NCBI GenBank assembly: GCA_910579535.1
Contig: CAJTUR010000003.1
Location: forward strand, 111 to 64,110
DNA: 64,000 nt
DNA from: an uncultured Bacilli bacterium
Lineage (GTDB): Bacteria; Bacillota_I; Bacilli_A; RF39; UBA660
Direction of reading: 5' to 3'
Below, piece after piece: positions 1 to 9,494 of the stretch. The notes below the pieces were generated by a model that was not told the DNA's origin, did no database searches, and was given only the letters and a program-made list of their open reading frames with translations. Numbering within the stretch: the stretch's first letter is position 1; every line of letters starts with the position of its first letter. A program made the position numbers and the translations under genes.

Positions 1-552
1 TTGCAATAGGATTCCTAAAAAATAATACCCTATAATATAGGAGAAAAAAGTTTCGTAAAAATAAATAGAAATATTAATTCTCAAACTATTCATTAAAGCT
101 GGAATTATAAGAGTTAAACTAATTAAAATAATAATATCTAAATTTTTTAAATTTTTAGCCATTTTATTTAAGAACGGCACAAATAAATATAATCCTATCA
201 ACATATATAAATACCAATATGGCTCTACAATCGGATCATAGAGTAATGAAGAAAAAAAAGAAATATGGATGGCTTTATCTCTTAAAAAAGTAATAAAGAA
301 TGTTATCAAAATTAAAGGTAGAAACACTCTCCAAATTTTTTTCATACTATATTTAAAATCTACTTTTTTTCTTCCTATAAGAAAGCCTGTACTCATAATA
401 AATAATGGAACGGCGATTCGACATAAGACGTATTCTGCTTTATAAAAATAATTAAAATAATTATTCTCTGCTAAATAAAAACAAGTGTGATTAAGAAGAA
501 CTAAAAAACATGCTATAATTTTAATTAAATTTATATTTGCATTTTGCCTCAT
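1..552 (-). CDS. Acyltransferase family 3 (OatA-like) membrane protein, N-terminal 184 aa. The C-terminus lies beyond the window start.
   Basis: Not in the ORF track because there is no stop in the window. My translation from ATG 552..550 (RBS GAGGAGG upstream) gives MRQNANINLIKIIACFLVLLNHTCFYL..CRIAVPLFIMSTGFL..EPYWYLYMLIGLYLFVPFL. The frame is open to position 1 and the protein is multi-TM and Acyl_transf_3-like. Confidence 0.6.
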   Translation of the reverse strand, partial: MRQNANINLIKIIACFLVLLNHTCFYLAENNYFNYFYKAEYVLCRIAVPLFIMSTGFLIGRKKVDFKYSMKKIWRVFLPLILITFFITFLRDKAIHISFFSSLLYDPIVEPYWYLYMLIGLYLFVPFLNKMAKNLKNLDIIILISLTLIIPALMNSLRINISIYFYETFFSYIIGYYFLGILLQ

Positions 553-608
553 TATATACCTCCTCGAAATAAAAAAGGAACGAAAACTCATTCCTCAAAA
601 AATTCAGA

Positions 609-1259
609 TTACTTTAAAAAGGAAAAACTTTTATAACTTTTAGTTTTAACATCGAAAATTGTACCATCTTTTTGGCTTATCATGCCATAATTATCAGCTA
701 CAACAATAAACTCGCCAGTTTTTTCATCATAATTTAGGAATAAGATTCTTTCTTTATTTTCTTTCAAAGATTTATCTCCTATATCTTCTAAACTAAATTT
801 TATTTTTTTTCTTTCTAATTCTTCCTCAGTCAATCCTTCCAAATTTACTTTCTTTTTTAAACTTTCACTATTAGAATTAGACACATCTTTCAGTGAGACA
901 ACTCCACCAATGTAACGAGCACTTAATGTTTCATTCAAATAAATATCTTTTTTATTTTTTAAAACTTTCGTGATTTTAAAATCACTTGTAGTAAATGCTT
1001 GACCACTAGAAGAAATTTTAGTTGCTTTATCTTTTTCATAATTTGCTAACACTACTATATCAGAGTAATTGTAAAGATCTTTAGGATCAATTACAGCATA
1101 ATCAGCCATAATATTAACTTCCATATAAATTTCATCTTGATGCTTTTCTCCTATCTCATTTGAATTTAAATTATCGTTAAACTCTTTTTGGCTATGAATT
1201 GTTATAATACCAACACCTATTAAAGTAATGGCAAAAATAAATATAATTGCTTTTTTCAT
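609..1259 (-). CDS. Membrane-anchored or secreted hypothetical protein, immediately downstream of the metzincin gene
   Basis: 216-aa ORF with an N-terminal hydrophobic anchor (MKKAIIFIFAITLIGVGIITI). A 14-nt gap separates it from the upstream gene, so they likely form an operon. Confidence 0.55.
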   Translation of the reverse strand: MKKAIIFIFAITLIGVGIITIHSQKEFNDNLNSNEIGEKHQDEIYMEVNIMADYAVIDPKDLYNYSDIVVLANYEKDKATKISSSGQAFTTSDFKITKVLKNKKDIYLNETLSARYIGGVVSLKDVSNSNSESLKKKVNLEGLTEEELERKKIKFSLEDIGDKSLKENKERILFLNYDEKTGEFIVVADNYGMISQKDGTIFDVKTKSYKSFSFLK

Positions 1260-1273
1260 TAAATATCTCCTTA

Positions 1274-1888
1274 CTATTTATATAACCTATTAAATGCATC
1301 GTTATCTGCTTGTTGAACAGTTTGTGCCGTCCTATAGTAACCAGTTTGACACATAATACTATTTGGATTTTCATTATTATGTCCTAATCCAAAAGCATGT
1401 CCCATTTCATGTGCTATCGTTCCTTGCTGTTCAGTAAAATTAAACTGAGCAAATACTGGATTATTAATTCGAATTTCTGCAAATAGCCAATTTTCTGTTG
1501 GCACTGCCGAATCTAATCTATTTATTGAAATCCAAGGAACAATTATTGGATCTCCACCATTAATTCTTTTAAAAGTTGAAGTATAAGCTAATCCTCCATT
1601 GTCGCCTTCATCTACAGCATAAATATCTACTGCACTCCATTTTTTATCAGCAACAGCTGTAAAAGGATATAATTTATTTCTTCCATAACCTGTTTTTACC
1701 CAGTTTCTTGCGGCTCCAGCAATTAAACCTGAATACCCTGGAGCTGACTGGTCAACATAATAATGAATATTCTCAACGTTCCAAGTAATATGGTATCCAT
1801 TAGGAGATGTTGGTGTAATTGTTTCCGCATTTACAATGCCTGGAATTATCATGCTAACTAATATTGCTAATAATAATCTTTTTTTCAT
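1274..1888 (-). CDS. Secreted zinc metalloprotease, metzincin (matrixin/snapalysin-like)
   Basis: Signal peptide MKKRLLLAILVSMIIPGIVNA. HEMGHAFGLGHN matches the HExxHxxGxxH zinc site, followed by NSIMC as a candidate Met-turn. Confidence 0.8.
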   Translation of the reverse strand: MKKRLLLAILVSMIIPGIVNAETITPTSPNGYHITWNVENIHYYVDQSAPGYSGLIAGAARNWVKTGYGRNKLYPFTAVADKKWSAVDIYAVDEGDNGGLAYTSTFKRINGGDPIIVPWISINRLDSAVPTENWLFAEIRINNPVFAQFNFTEQQGTIAHEMGHAFGLGHNNENPNSIMCQTGYYRTAQTVQQADNDAFNRLYK

Positions 1889-2054
1889 TTTCTAAAACTC
1901 TTTCTTTTGTTTTAATTTTATAAAATTTATTAAATTCTTTTCTATTATCACATCCATTCATTAATAAAGTCCATACTACAGAAAAAATTCACAAGCAACA
2001 TAAATATAATAATTAACTTTATTAAAATAATTTTAATAATAATTTTTTTAAAAT

Positions 2055-2073
2055 TACACTACTTATTAGGCGA
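2055..2073 (-). promoter_or_regulatory. Conserved 19-mer TACACTACTTATTAGGCGA (copy 1), upstream of the metzincin gene
   Basis: 18/19 identical to 5274-5292. Both copies sit 130-170 nt upstream of a minus-strand cargo gene and just after the preceding gene's end. Confidence 0.4.
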
Positions 2074-2082
2074 TATTTCCCT

Positions 2083-2125
2083 AAAAAAAAACTATAGTAA
2101 ATTTTCAAATATCTACTATAGTTTT
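2083..2125 (-). terminator. Rho-independent terminator after the lipoprotein gene
   Basis: Perfect inverted repeat ACTATAGTA (2091-2099) / TACTATAGT (2114-2122). On the minus strand it is followed by a T8-9 run (A-run 2083-2090 on plus). Confidence 0.65.
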
Positions 2126-2183
2126 AAAATTAGTATTTTATGCATAAAAGTTTTAATTAATTACTTTTCATAAAATAAATGCA

Positions 2184-2771
2184 TTAATCTTTATTTATTT
2201 CACATTTATAATCATCTAAAGAACACTTTATACTTGAAAAATTTTCATGTTCTCCATCGATTGTTGTTTGATGATAGTCATTAATATACATTATATTATT
2301 TTCAATTTTTTCAATACAAGAATATGAAATATCTTTATACTCAGTATTTTTTCTATATAATGAATCAATATTTAAATAATTTTCTTTCTTTTCAAATTTT
2401 TCTCCGTTTAAATTATATTCAGTTAAACGAAATCCATAATCACTTAAAATATAATACTTTCTATCATAAAAAATATTTCTACAAGCTTTATTTCCCTCTT
2501 TGGGAAGTTCATTTGCATGCGGATATTCAGTATCTAATAATATATAATCATTATCTGTAATTTTGTAAAATAAACCATTTGTGGGTTCAAATTCGTCATC
2601 TAATGAAGCCACTTGATATTCGTGTATACGTCTATTATCATCCATGTAATTAAAAGAAATATGATTTTTTTCTATTAAGTCATAGTGCTTATAATCTTTG
2701 TATTTATCTTCCTTTTTACATCCACATAACACTACACAAGCCAAGACTATAACTAAAACTTTAAATTTCAT
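2184..2771 (-). CDS. Lipoprotein, function unknown
   Basis: 195 aa. Signal peptide with a lipobox (VVLCGC). Confidence 0.65.
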   Translation of the reverse strand: MKFKVLVIVLACVVLCGCKKEDKYKDYKHYDLIEKNHISFNYMDDNRRIHEYQVASLDDEFEPTNGLFYKITDNDYILLDTEYPHANELPKEGNKACRNIFYDRKYYILSDYGFRLTEYNLNGEKFEKKENYLNIDSLYRKNTEYKDISYSCIEKIENNIMYINDYHQTTIDGEHENFSSIKCSLDDYKCEINKD

Positions 2772-2823
2772 TTAAATTCACCCAAATAAATTGTATCATT
2801 AAAAGGTCTATTTATAAAGATTT

Positions 2824-5115
2824 TTAATACCAAGCCCTATCTGCACCAGAACTAGCATATTCTAAACCAACACTAACAAAACAATTAAAATTCTCAAATG
2901 TTTCTTGACCATTCCATTTTATCTGATCTACAAACATAGTCCACGGTCTTGAAGCACCTGGTTTTTTCTTATTACCTGCATTTATTTTTATTTTGTCACC
3001 TGGATTAAGCATTCCTTGATAATCAGCACCTTTGAAATATGGAACTGGTTTGTTTATAGTAAATTCAATAGGAGTAGACCATGCACAAAATTCATAACTA
3101 TTATTATTTGGAATATAATTTACACTTGTAAAAAGGTCTTGATCAATTGGAACTTGACTCCAATTTGCATTATTTATATTTGTATCATCATAACCTGGAC
3201 CGCCCGAAACGTAACCCACTTTAACATCCACTCCATCATTATACATAATTTTATGAATATAATCTGAAATATCAGGATCTGTTAAACCGAAAAATATATA
3301 AAAATCATTAACTTTTATTTCGCCAATTTTATTTCCAGTGGTTACATAGCGCAAGCCTTCGGCGGTATCAGTAACTTTTTTGCCTTCATATACAGGAATA
3401 GATGAACTTCCACGATTTATTAATATGAATGAGTTTGCCAAAGTATTAAATTCATTTAACTCAGAGGTTTCAATGGTAGAATATTCTTGAGATATGCCTT
3501 TATACCTTCCTGAAAAACCATCTTTATCTATTTCTATTGATTTTCCATTTGATGATATAGTTGTTGTAGCAAATTGGTCAAAAGCCCAATTATTTGGAAT
3601 TGTAAATCCTAAATTTCCACTAAAGCCTGTTGACATATCACTTACAAAACTACTACAAGCATATCCTGCATTACAAACCCTAGTACATACATTTCTACTT
3701 CCGTATATTCCTAAGCGATACTTACCACCACATTTAGACATAAAAGTACTATATAAAGTTTTAAAATAAGGTATTATATTACTTGTAATTTGTGCATCAG
3801 TAGCATCAAAATCAACTGCAAAATAAATAATTGTTCCAAATTGTAAATAGAATTTATTAGCATCATTTACTGCATTAATCGCATCATTTACTGCATTTAA
3901 ATTATTAAAATAATTTAAAGCATTTGCTCCCTTTTGAAATATAGGAAATAATCTTATTCCATTAGAGAAAATAGTTTTAATCTCTACCAAACTCATTTCT
4001 TTATCTAAACTACTTCCTTCAACATTTGATAAGTATCTACCAATATATAAATAACCATTATTTTTTAATACATCAACGTTATTTCCAGTTATTTTTGTTA
4101 TACAATCGCATGCAACTGCTTTTCTATCTTTATTTCCACAACTGATTAATAAAGAAAGCCATGTATTAAAATCAATTGTTCCTGTTTCTGATAAAGCATA
4201 CATTTTTTGAAATTCTTTAATAACATTTGCTTCTAAATCTCCAACTATTTGTCCTGAACCATACCCATTAAAATATAAGGCTATTTTGGCTAATCTTTTA
4301 AACATTGTTATATTTGAATCTGAATATTTAACTCCTTTATAACTTAGTCCATACGTTTGACCATTCATCTGATAACCGCCATTATATGGAATATTTGGTA
4401 AAGATTTCTGAGTAGCTGGACCGCAATTGCCATTAGCGGTTCCCACTGGCATACCTTCTTCGGCTTGTATAGCATAAATTAAACCTTGACTTGTTCTTCT
4501 ACCATAAACTCCGTCACAAGGACGTATTCCTATATAATTTTCATAATTTCCATTTAAATATCTTTGCATTAATATTATATTTTGCGTTCTTTCTGATGTA
4601 TTATAAGAAGTAAAATAATCCATTGATAGTAATGCTTTCATAATATTTAATGTTACTGTTGATGTTTCTGCTAAAACACCAGCATCTTCTTTTAATCTTT
4701 TTATTGCCTTTCCAGTATTAGTTAAAAAATTACAAGTAATTGAACTTGAACCATAACTATACCCTTTACAATTTAAAGCACCCTGAATTATTCCATAAAT
4801 ATTATGCATTGTTTGATCATTAAGTTGATTATTTAAACCATGTTGAGGAATTGTATTTTGATCTGGTTGTTCTAATATTCCATTGGGAAAATTATTTTTA
4901 AAAGCGGTTTCAGTTCCAGGACCAAAATTATTAGCTGGAGATGATAAACCTAAACATATTTGAAATGCTCTAGTAAGTGCATAAATAGTATCCCAACCAG
5001 TTTTACCATTTTCCGTTACATTATTGTAACCATTTTTACCACCAAATGTATCATTTAACCATTTTTGGGTATTTAATACATAGGGATCTCCATCTCTAGT
5101 ATTTTTATCTACCAT
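2824..5115 (-). CDS. Peptidoglycan-binding repeat / DUF1906 (Rv2525c-like glycoside-hydrolase-like) lysin-like protein with no signal peptide
   Basis: Repeated PG_binding_1-like segments (GWDTIYALTRAFQICLGL; GRRTSQGLIYAIQAEEGM). The DUF1906-like core has NNGYLYIGRYL, IIYFAVDFD, LGIYGSRNVC and NNWAFDQF. The likely start is ATG 5115 (RBS AGAGAGGTGA) rather than the track's TTG at 5142. Confidence 0.6.
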   Translation of the reverse strand: MVDKNTRDGDPYVLNTQKWLNDTFGGKNGYNNVTENGKTGWDTIYALTRAFQICLGLSSPANNFGPGTETAFKNNFPNGILEQPDQNTIPQHGLNNQLNDQTMHNIYGIIQGALNCKGYSYGSSSITCNFLTNTGKAIKRLKEDAGVLAETSTVTLNIMKALLSMDYFTSYNTSERTQNIILMQRYLNGNYENYIGIRPCDGVYGRRTSQGLIYAIQAEEGMPVGTANGNCGPATQKSLPNIPYNGGYQMNGQTYGLSYKGVKYSDSNITMFKRLAKIALYFNGYGSGQIVGDLEANVIKEFQKMYALSETGTIDFNTWLSLLISCGNKDRKAVACDCITKITGNNVDVLKNNGYLYIGRYLSNVEGSSLDKEMSLVEIKTIFSNGIRLFPIFQKGANALNYFNNLNAVNDAINAVNDANKFYLQFGTIIYFAVDFDATDAQITSNIIPYFKTLYSTFMSKCGGKYRLGIYGSRNVCTRVCNAGYACSSFVSDMSTGFSGNLGFTIPNNWAFDQFATTTISSNGKSIEIDKDGFSGRYKGISQEYSTIETSELNEFNTLANSFILINRGSSSIPVYEGKKVTDTAEGLRYVTTGNKIGEIKVNDFYIFFGLTDPDISDYIHKIMYNDGVDVKVGYVSGGPGYDDTNINNANWSQVPIDQDLFTSVNYIPNNNSYEFCAWSTPIEFTINKPVPYFKGADYQGMLNPGDKIKINAGNKKKPGASRPWTMFVDQIKWNGQETFENFNCFVSVGLEYASSGADRAWY

Positions 5116-5273
5116 TTTAATCACCTCTCTATTTAATAGCAAATTTCTGTGAAATAAAATTTAAAAATGACTACTTCTAAAAATTAAATTTAAAATTTTT
5201 TGTCTTAATTTCTTAAAAATTAAATAAATTATTTATTTCACTAAAAAAATCTTAACAAATTTTAATAATTTAC

Positions 5274-5292
5274 TACACTACTTGTTAGGCGA
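5274..5292 (-). promoter_or_regulatory. Conserved 19-mer TACACTACTTGTTAGGCGA (copy 2), upstream of the lysin-like gene
   Basis: 18/19 identical to 2055-2073. Lies between the XRE gene at 5322..5540 and the lysin-like gene start. Confidence 0.4.
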
Positions 5293-5321
5293 AAAAAAAG
5301 AACATTTCATAATATCCTTTT

Positions 5322-5540
5322 TTAATTATTTAAATATATAAGAGATAATAAAACTTCTAGACGAACATTAAATATTTTGCTTATGTTCACGAGAGTATTG
5401 ATACTTGGGTTTGTAATACCCCTTTCCCACTTTGATACGGATTTACCATTTATTTCTAATAACTCTCCTAATTTTTCTTGAGTTAAATGTTCGTTTTTTC
5501 TTAATTGGAAAATATAATCTCCAAAACTGTTTTTAACCAT
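5322..5540 (-). CDS. XRE-family HTH transcriptional regulator (small)
   Basis: 72 aa. LTQEKLGELLEINGKSVSKWERG is a classic HTH_3 signature. Confidence 0.8.
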   Translation of the reverse strand: MVKNSFGDYIFQLRKNEHLTQEKLGELLEINGKSVSKWERGITNPSINTLVNISKIFNVRLEVLLSLIYLNN

Positions 5541-5562
5541 ATACTGCCTCCTTATTTAAGGA

Positions 5563-6297
5563 TTAAATAGTTATATCTACACCAGCCATCTTATCAAATA
5601 AATTATTATTTCCAAATGCAAATACGCTACCAAGTCCATTATCAGAAATACTAAAATTAGTACTATCTGCTAAAGAAATATTTCTAATAGCATGTTGATA
5701 ACTTGCATATACTCTTCCACCTGGAGCTACTTTAAATGATTGTTGAAGTAAAATTGTAGAGCAATTATCAGGTATTTTAATAGAAGCACCATATCCATTT
5801 GAAAATTGTTTTGAACCATCTATTGTTTTATTAACACCATCAAATAACATTAAATTACTAATAGAACTTTGAAATGAAGTATTATAAAGCCTCACACCCA
5901 TAACATCATAACTTTTAACATTTGGAATTGCTTTCCATTCTAATCTAACTACTATCATTTTTGAGGATGTCTGAGAAGTAATTGTTGATATTTTTAACTT
6001 TTTATAATTCGTATCATGAGTTTGTGAATAAGGTATTAAATCGTAAAAATTATCATTACTAATAGTCTCTATTTTTAAATTGGGAGAAGAATAAAAATCT
6101 AAATATTCATCAAACATATCTTGAGTTAAATTATCTAATGCTTCCAAACCATTAATTTTAAGAACATTTTTATATTCTGTTTCATTCATTTCAACACCAT
6201 TGTGATTAGTATAATATGGCTTTTCTTTTGCACTCACATTAACAGTTATTAACAGCAAACCAATCAAAAGTCCAAAATATTTTAATTTAGTTTTCAT
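5563..6297 (-). CDS. Secreted beta-rich hypothetical protein
   Basis: Likely start is MKTKLKYFGLLIGLLLITVNVSA (RBS GGAGGA before ATG 6297). Signal peptide present, no recognisable catalytic motif. Confidence 0.6.
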   Translation of the reverse strand: MKTKLKYFGLLIGLLLITVNVSAKEKPYYTNHNGVEMNETEYKNVLKINGLEALDNLTQDMFDEYLDFYSSPNLKIETISNDNFYDLIPYSQTHDTNYKKLKISTITSQTSSKMIVVRLEWKAIPNVKSYDVMGVRLYNTSFQSSISNLMLFDGVNKTIDGSKQFSNGYGASIKIPDNCSTILLQQSFKVAPGGRVYASYQHAIRNISLADSTNFSISDNGLGSVFAFGNNNLFDKMAGVDITI

Positions 6298-6398
6298 GAA
6301 ATCCTCCTTTCTGAAAACAACATAACAATTTTGAAGAAAATGTTCAAGCAACGATTCATTTCTTTAACTCCCATTTAAAAAAAATCATCTCTGATTTT

Positions 6399-7520
6399 CT
6401 ATTTTAAATAAACATCCACATAATTTTTTTTATAATAATCATATTTATTTTTATGATTTTTACAATCACCACTATTACATACAATATTTCCGTTGGTATA
6501 TAAAGACTCGGCTAATTCATTTGATTTATTATTAAAATGATATTCGTAATTCTCTTCTCCCCAATAATAAAATTCTTCAATACTATTTTTATTTTGTTCA
6601 GAAACTATAAAAGAATTTAATTCTTGATTATAAACAATATTTACCTTTTTGTTATTTTTATCTGTATAATTTAATACATATTCATTATTTTCATTAAGGG
6701 TAAAATTTTTCTTTATTTTAGATAAAGGATCATCTTCCGCAATGCCATTTTTGTTAGAATTGTTATTTGATATTTTATCTTCTTCATTAAATAATAGTTT
6801 GCTATTTGCATATACTCTTTCACATTTTAAATCAATTGTAGAAGTTTTTAAAGAACCATTTTCTTTATAAGAAATTTCTAACATCATATTTTTAATTATT
6901 AAATTAATGTCTTTAAAATCAAAATATTCATTATAACCTTTATTTTGAATTAATAATGCCTCTCCTTTTTCAGAAGAATAAATTTTCTTTTTTTCATTTT
7001 CTTTTATATAGTAATATTCAATATTTTCTATTTCATAATTTAAAGATTTTACTCCTCCAAATTTTATATAAGCGTTTTCGTTAGAAAATACTGCCAATGT
7101 TTCTAACATTTCAAAATTCTCATTATTCCCACTTATTTTATAAATTCTAAATTGGTTATATGTTGAAATAAAATAATAAATTAAAAATGAAATTATTAAA
7201 GAAAAAATAATGAGACTAGAAAATATTATAATTCTTTTAATCTTTTTAGTATTATCTTTCAAAATATCTATTAAAATATTGTCTACATATTTGCTATTTT
7301 TTTCTTTTTTTCTTTCACCAGCCATTATTTCATTAGGAGTAATCTTAAAAACTTCACATAACTTTGATAACAATTCATAATCTGGGATGCCCACTCCACG
7401 CTCCCATCTACTTATTGCTTGTCTAGTAACATATAATTTACTTGCTAATTGCTCTTGAGTTAAACCACTTTTTTCACGCTCATGAGCAATCAACTTTCCT
7501 ATCTTTTTAGAATCAATCAT
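6399..7520 (-). CDS. Membrane-anchored XRE-family regulator (N-terminal HTH, one TM, about 250-aa extracytoplasmic domain)
   Basis: LTQEQLASKLYVTRQAISRWERG is the HTH. The TM segment is IIIFSSLIIFSLIISFLIYYFI, followed by a long Asn/Lys-rich C-terminal domain. Confidence 0.7.
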   Translation of the reverse strand: MIDSKKIGKLIAHEREKSGLTQEQLASKLYVTRQAISRWERGVGIPDYELLSKLCEVFKITPNEIMAGERKKEKNSKYVDNILIDILKDNTKKIKRIIIFSSLIIFSLIISFLIYYFISTYNQFRIYKISGNNENFEMLETLAVFSNENAYIKFGGVKSLNYEIENIEYYYIKENEKKKIYSSEKGEALLIQNKGYNEYFDFKDINLIIKNMMLEISYKENGSLKTSTIDLKCERVYANSKLLFNEEDKISNNNSNKNGIAEDDPLSKIKKNFTLNENNEYVLNYTDKNNKKVNIVYNQELNSFIVSEQNKNSIEEFYYWGEENYEYHFNNKSNELAESLYTNGNIVCNSGDCKNHKNKYDYYKKNYVDVYLK

Positions 7521-7537
7521 ACCTCTTCACCCTATAA

Positions 7538-7786
7538 TTAATTATATACTTTTTCGTTGTCTTTACAATCTTCTAAAAGTTGTAAATAATCAATATTTAA
7601 AATATTAGCAAATTTTTCAACATTAGTCAAAGTTGTATTGTATCTCCCACTTTCTAATAAACTTAAATGAGTAACACTCATATTTGCAAGTTCAACAAAT
7701 TGTTCTTGTGTATAATTACATTCTTTTCGATATTTTTTCAAGTTTTTACCAAAATTTTTCAATATTTTTTTCATATTACTAATCAC
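7538..7786 (-). CDS. XRE-family HTH transcriptional regulator (small)
   Basis: 82 aa. YTQEQFVELANMSVTHLSLLESG is HTH_3-like. Confidence 0.7.
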   Translation of the reverse strand: MISNMKKILKNFGKNLKKYRKECNYTQEQFVELANMSVTHLSLLESGRYNTTLTNVEKFANILNIDYLQLLEDCKDNEKVYN

Positions 7787-7873
7787 TAGAAAAATTTTAC
7801 CGATAAATTATTAAAACCACCATTAAATGACATATAAAGTTCCAAATAAATGTTTTAGAAAATAAAAGGAAAA

Positions 7874-9493
7874 TTAAGTTTCATCAATTTCAAAATAATT
7901 AAACTGTGAAGTTTTACTGAACTCATAAGCACTCCACATATCAGTATGATTAGTTGCTGGATCAACCATAACAATATTATTGCCATTAATACCAATAATC
8001 GCTACCCAATGTTGACTTCCCTCAGTCGCACCTTTCACTTCCACAGTTAGAAAATAGCCCTCACTAACATATTGTGAAATAAGAGACAATTTTTCTGCTC
8101 GTGTTTTGTCTCTAAGATTTATAGTATTAACGTATTTAAAATTTGGAATAACTTTATTAATTGAATCGTATCTTAAATTTCCTTTTTCATCAAATCCATT
8201 TTTTTGATTTAATGCTTCTACAAATGTACCTGGATTAAATGGATTTATGTTATTTCTATTGACACTAGACTTTTCAATAAGAATAGCAATAGAAGTCACT
8301 AAGCAACCTATATCGCCTATAGTATTGCTTGTATTTCCTATTCTTATATTTGACCATGGAGCGTTTTTTTGTCTCCAATTAATATATTCTCCAGAATCTA
8401 TTCCATAAACTACACTATTCCATAGTGATGCATATTCATTACTAGACAATTCATTATATTGTTTTAATTGATGAAGATTAAAATTATACTCATTTTTCAT
8501 TTCTTCAGCTGACTTAGAATTAATTTGAATATGTAATACTTTTTTTTGCACATCTTTAGGTAATTCTTCGTTATTTACTCCTTGTACTGTTATAAATTCG
8601 TCTTTAACTTCTGAAGTAATAGTATTCATACCCCAATAAATTTCTTTTAAAACTTTTTTCTTATTTTCATCCATAGTGACAACTTCTTGCTCATTAAAGC
8701 CATTCGACTGCTTTATAGTATAAATAATTAGTATATCTCTCCAACTAGCAACTTGACCATCTAAAACATATTCATCATGAGGATTAGAATTTTGAATTTC
8801 TCCCAATTTATCAGAAAATTCTTGGTTGCATTCAGCAATAGCATCTTGCATGGTCATAGCACTAGAACTCGTTTTTTCTCCAGAAAAGAAAATTCCAAAA
8901 ACAGAACTACATAATAATCCTACTAAACAAATAATAAGAATGACTACAAGTGCAACCCATCCTCCTGCCATTATAAGAGATATTAATGCTTTTGTTCCCA
9001 CTATAATTGCTTTTACGGATGAAATTGTTGCTTTTACTGCTACCTTTACTCCTCTATAAGTTTTTCTAGCCAAATTCATTACCCTTTTAGAAGTCTTAAC
9101 GGTTTCTTTAGCAATTTTCGATGCTTCTTTTTTTGCTAATTTACTACTTGTTTTAATTCCTTTTGTTACAGGCTTAATATTCTTTTTTTCAGTTAGTTTA
9201 GTTTTAATCATTTTTACTTTTTGTCTTGCTCTTATAAAATTTTCTTTTGTTATTTTAACTGCTACATTTCCTTTTTGCTTAATTTTTCCAGTATTATTAA
9301 CAATAACTTTACTAGTATTAATAATTCTATTTGTAGCATAATCATTTGCATTATTTTCTTCTGAATAAGTAGCACTTTCATTCTTATTTTTAGAATTAAT
9401 TACACTGCCTCGTATTTTTTCTGTTCCCTCTAAACTTTTATTAATAGTTTTTATCGTCCCTTTTACAACATTTCTTTTTTTAATTTCTGCCAT
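7874..9493 (-). CDS. T4SS-associated membrane-anchored cell-wall hydrolase (C-terminal Cys/His peptidase-like domain)
   Basis: Lys-rich N-terminus, then TM LISLIMAGGWVALVVILIICLVGLL. The C-terminus has GDIGCLVTSIA .. SQHWVAIIG, a papain/NlpC-CHAP-like Cys...His pair. It sits directly downstream of VirB4, as in Gram-positive T4SS loci. Confidence 0.6.
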   Translation of the reverse strand: MAEIKKRNVVKGTIKTINKSLEGTEKIRGSVINSKNKNESATYSEENNANDYATNRIINTSKVIVNNTGKIKQKGNVAVKITKENFIRARQKVKMIKTKLTEKKNIKPVTKGIKTSSKLAKKEASKIAKETVKTSKRVMNLARKTYRGVKVAVKATISSVKAIIVGTKALISLIMAGGWVALVVILIICLVGLLCSSVFGIFFSGEKTSSSAMTMQDAIAECNQEFSDKLGEIQNSNPHDEYVLDGQVASWRDILIIYTIKQSNGFNEQEVVTMDENKKKVLKEIYWGMNTITSEVKDEFITVQGVNNEELPKDVQKKVLHIQINSKSAEEMKNEYNFNLHQLKQYNELSSNEYASLWNSVVYGIDSGEYINWRQKNAPWSNIRIGNTSNTIGDIGCLVTSIAILIEKSSVNRNNINPFNPGTFVEALNQKNGFDEKGNLRYDSINKVIPNFKYVNTINLRDKTRAEKLSLISQYVSEGYFLTVEVKGATEGSQHWVAIIGINGNNIVMVDPATNHTDMWSAYEFSKTSQFNYFEIDET

Positions 9494-9494
9494 T

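Noticed and set aside
1192-1374. 60-aa minus-strand ORF bridging the end of the metzincin gene and the start of the next gene.
   Set aside because: It overlaps two well-supported same-strand genes out of frame and has an implausible composition.
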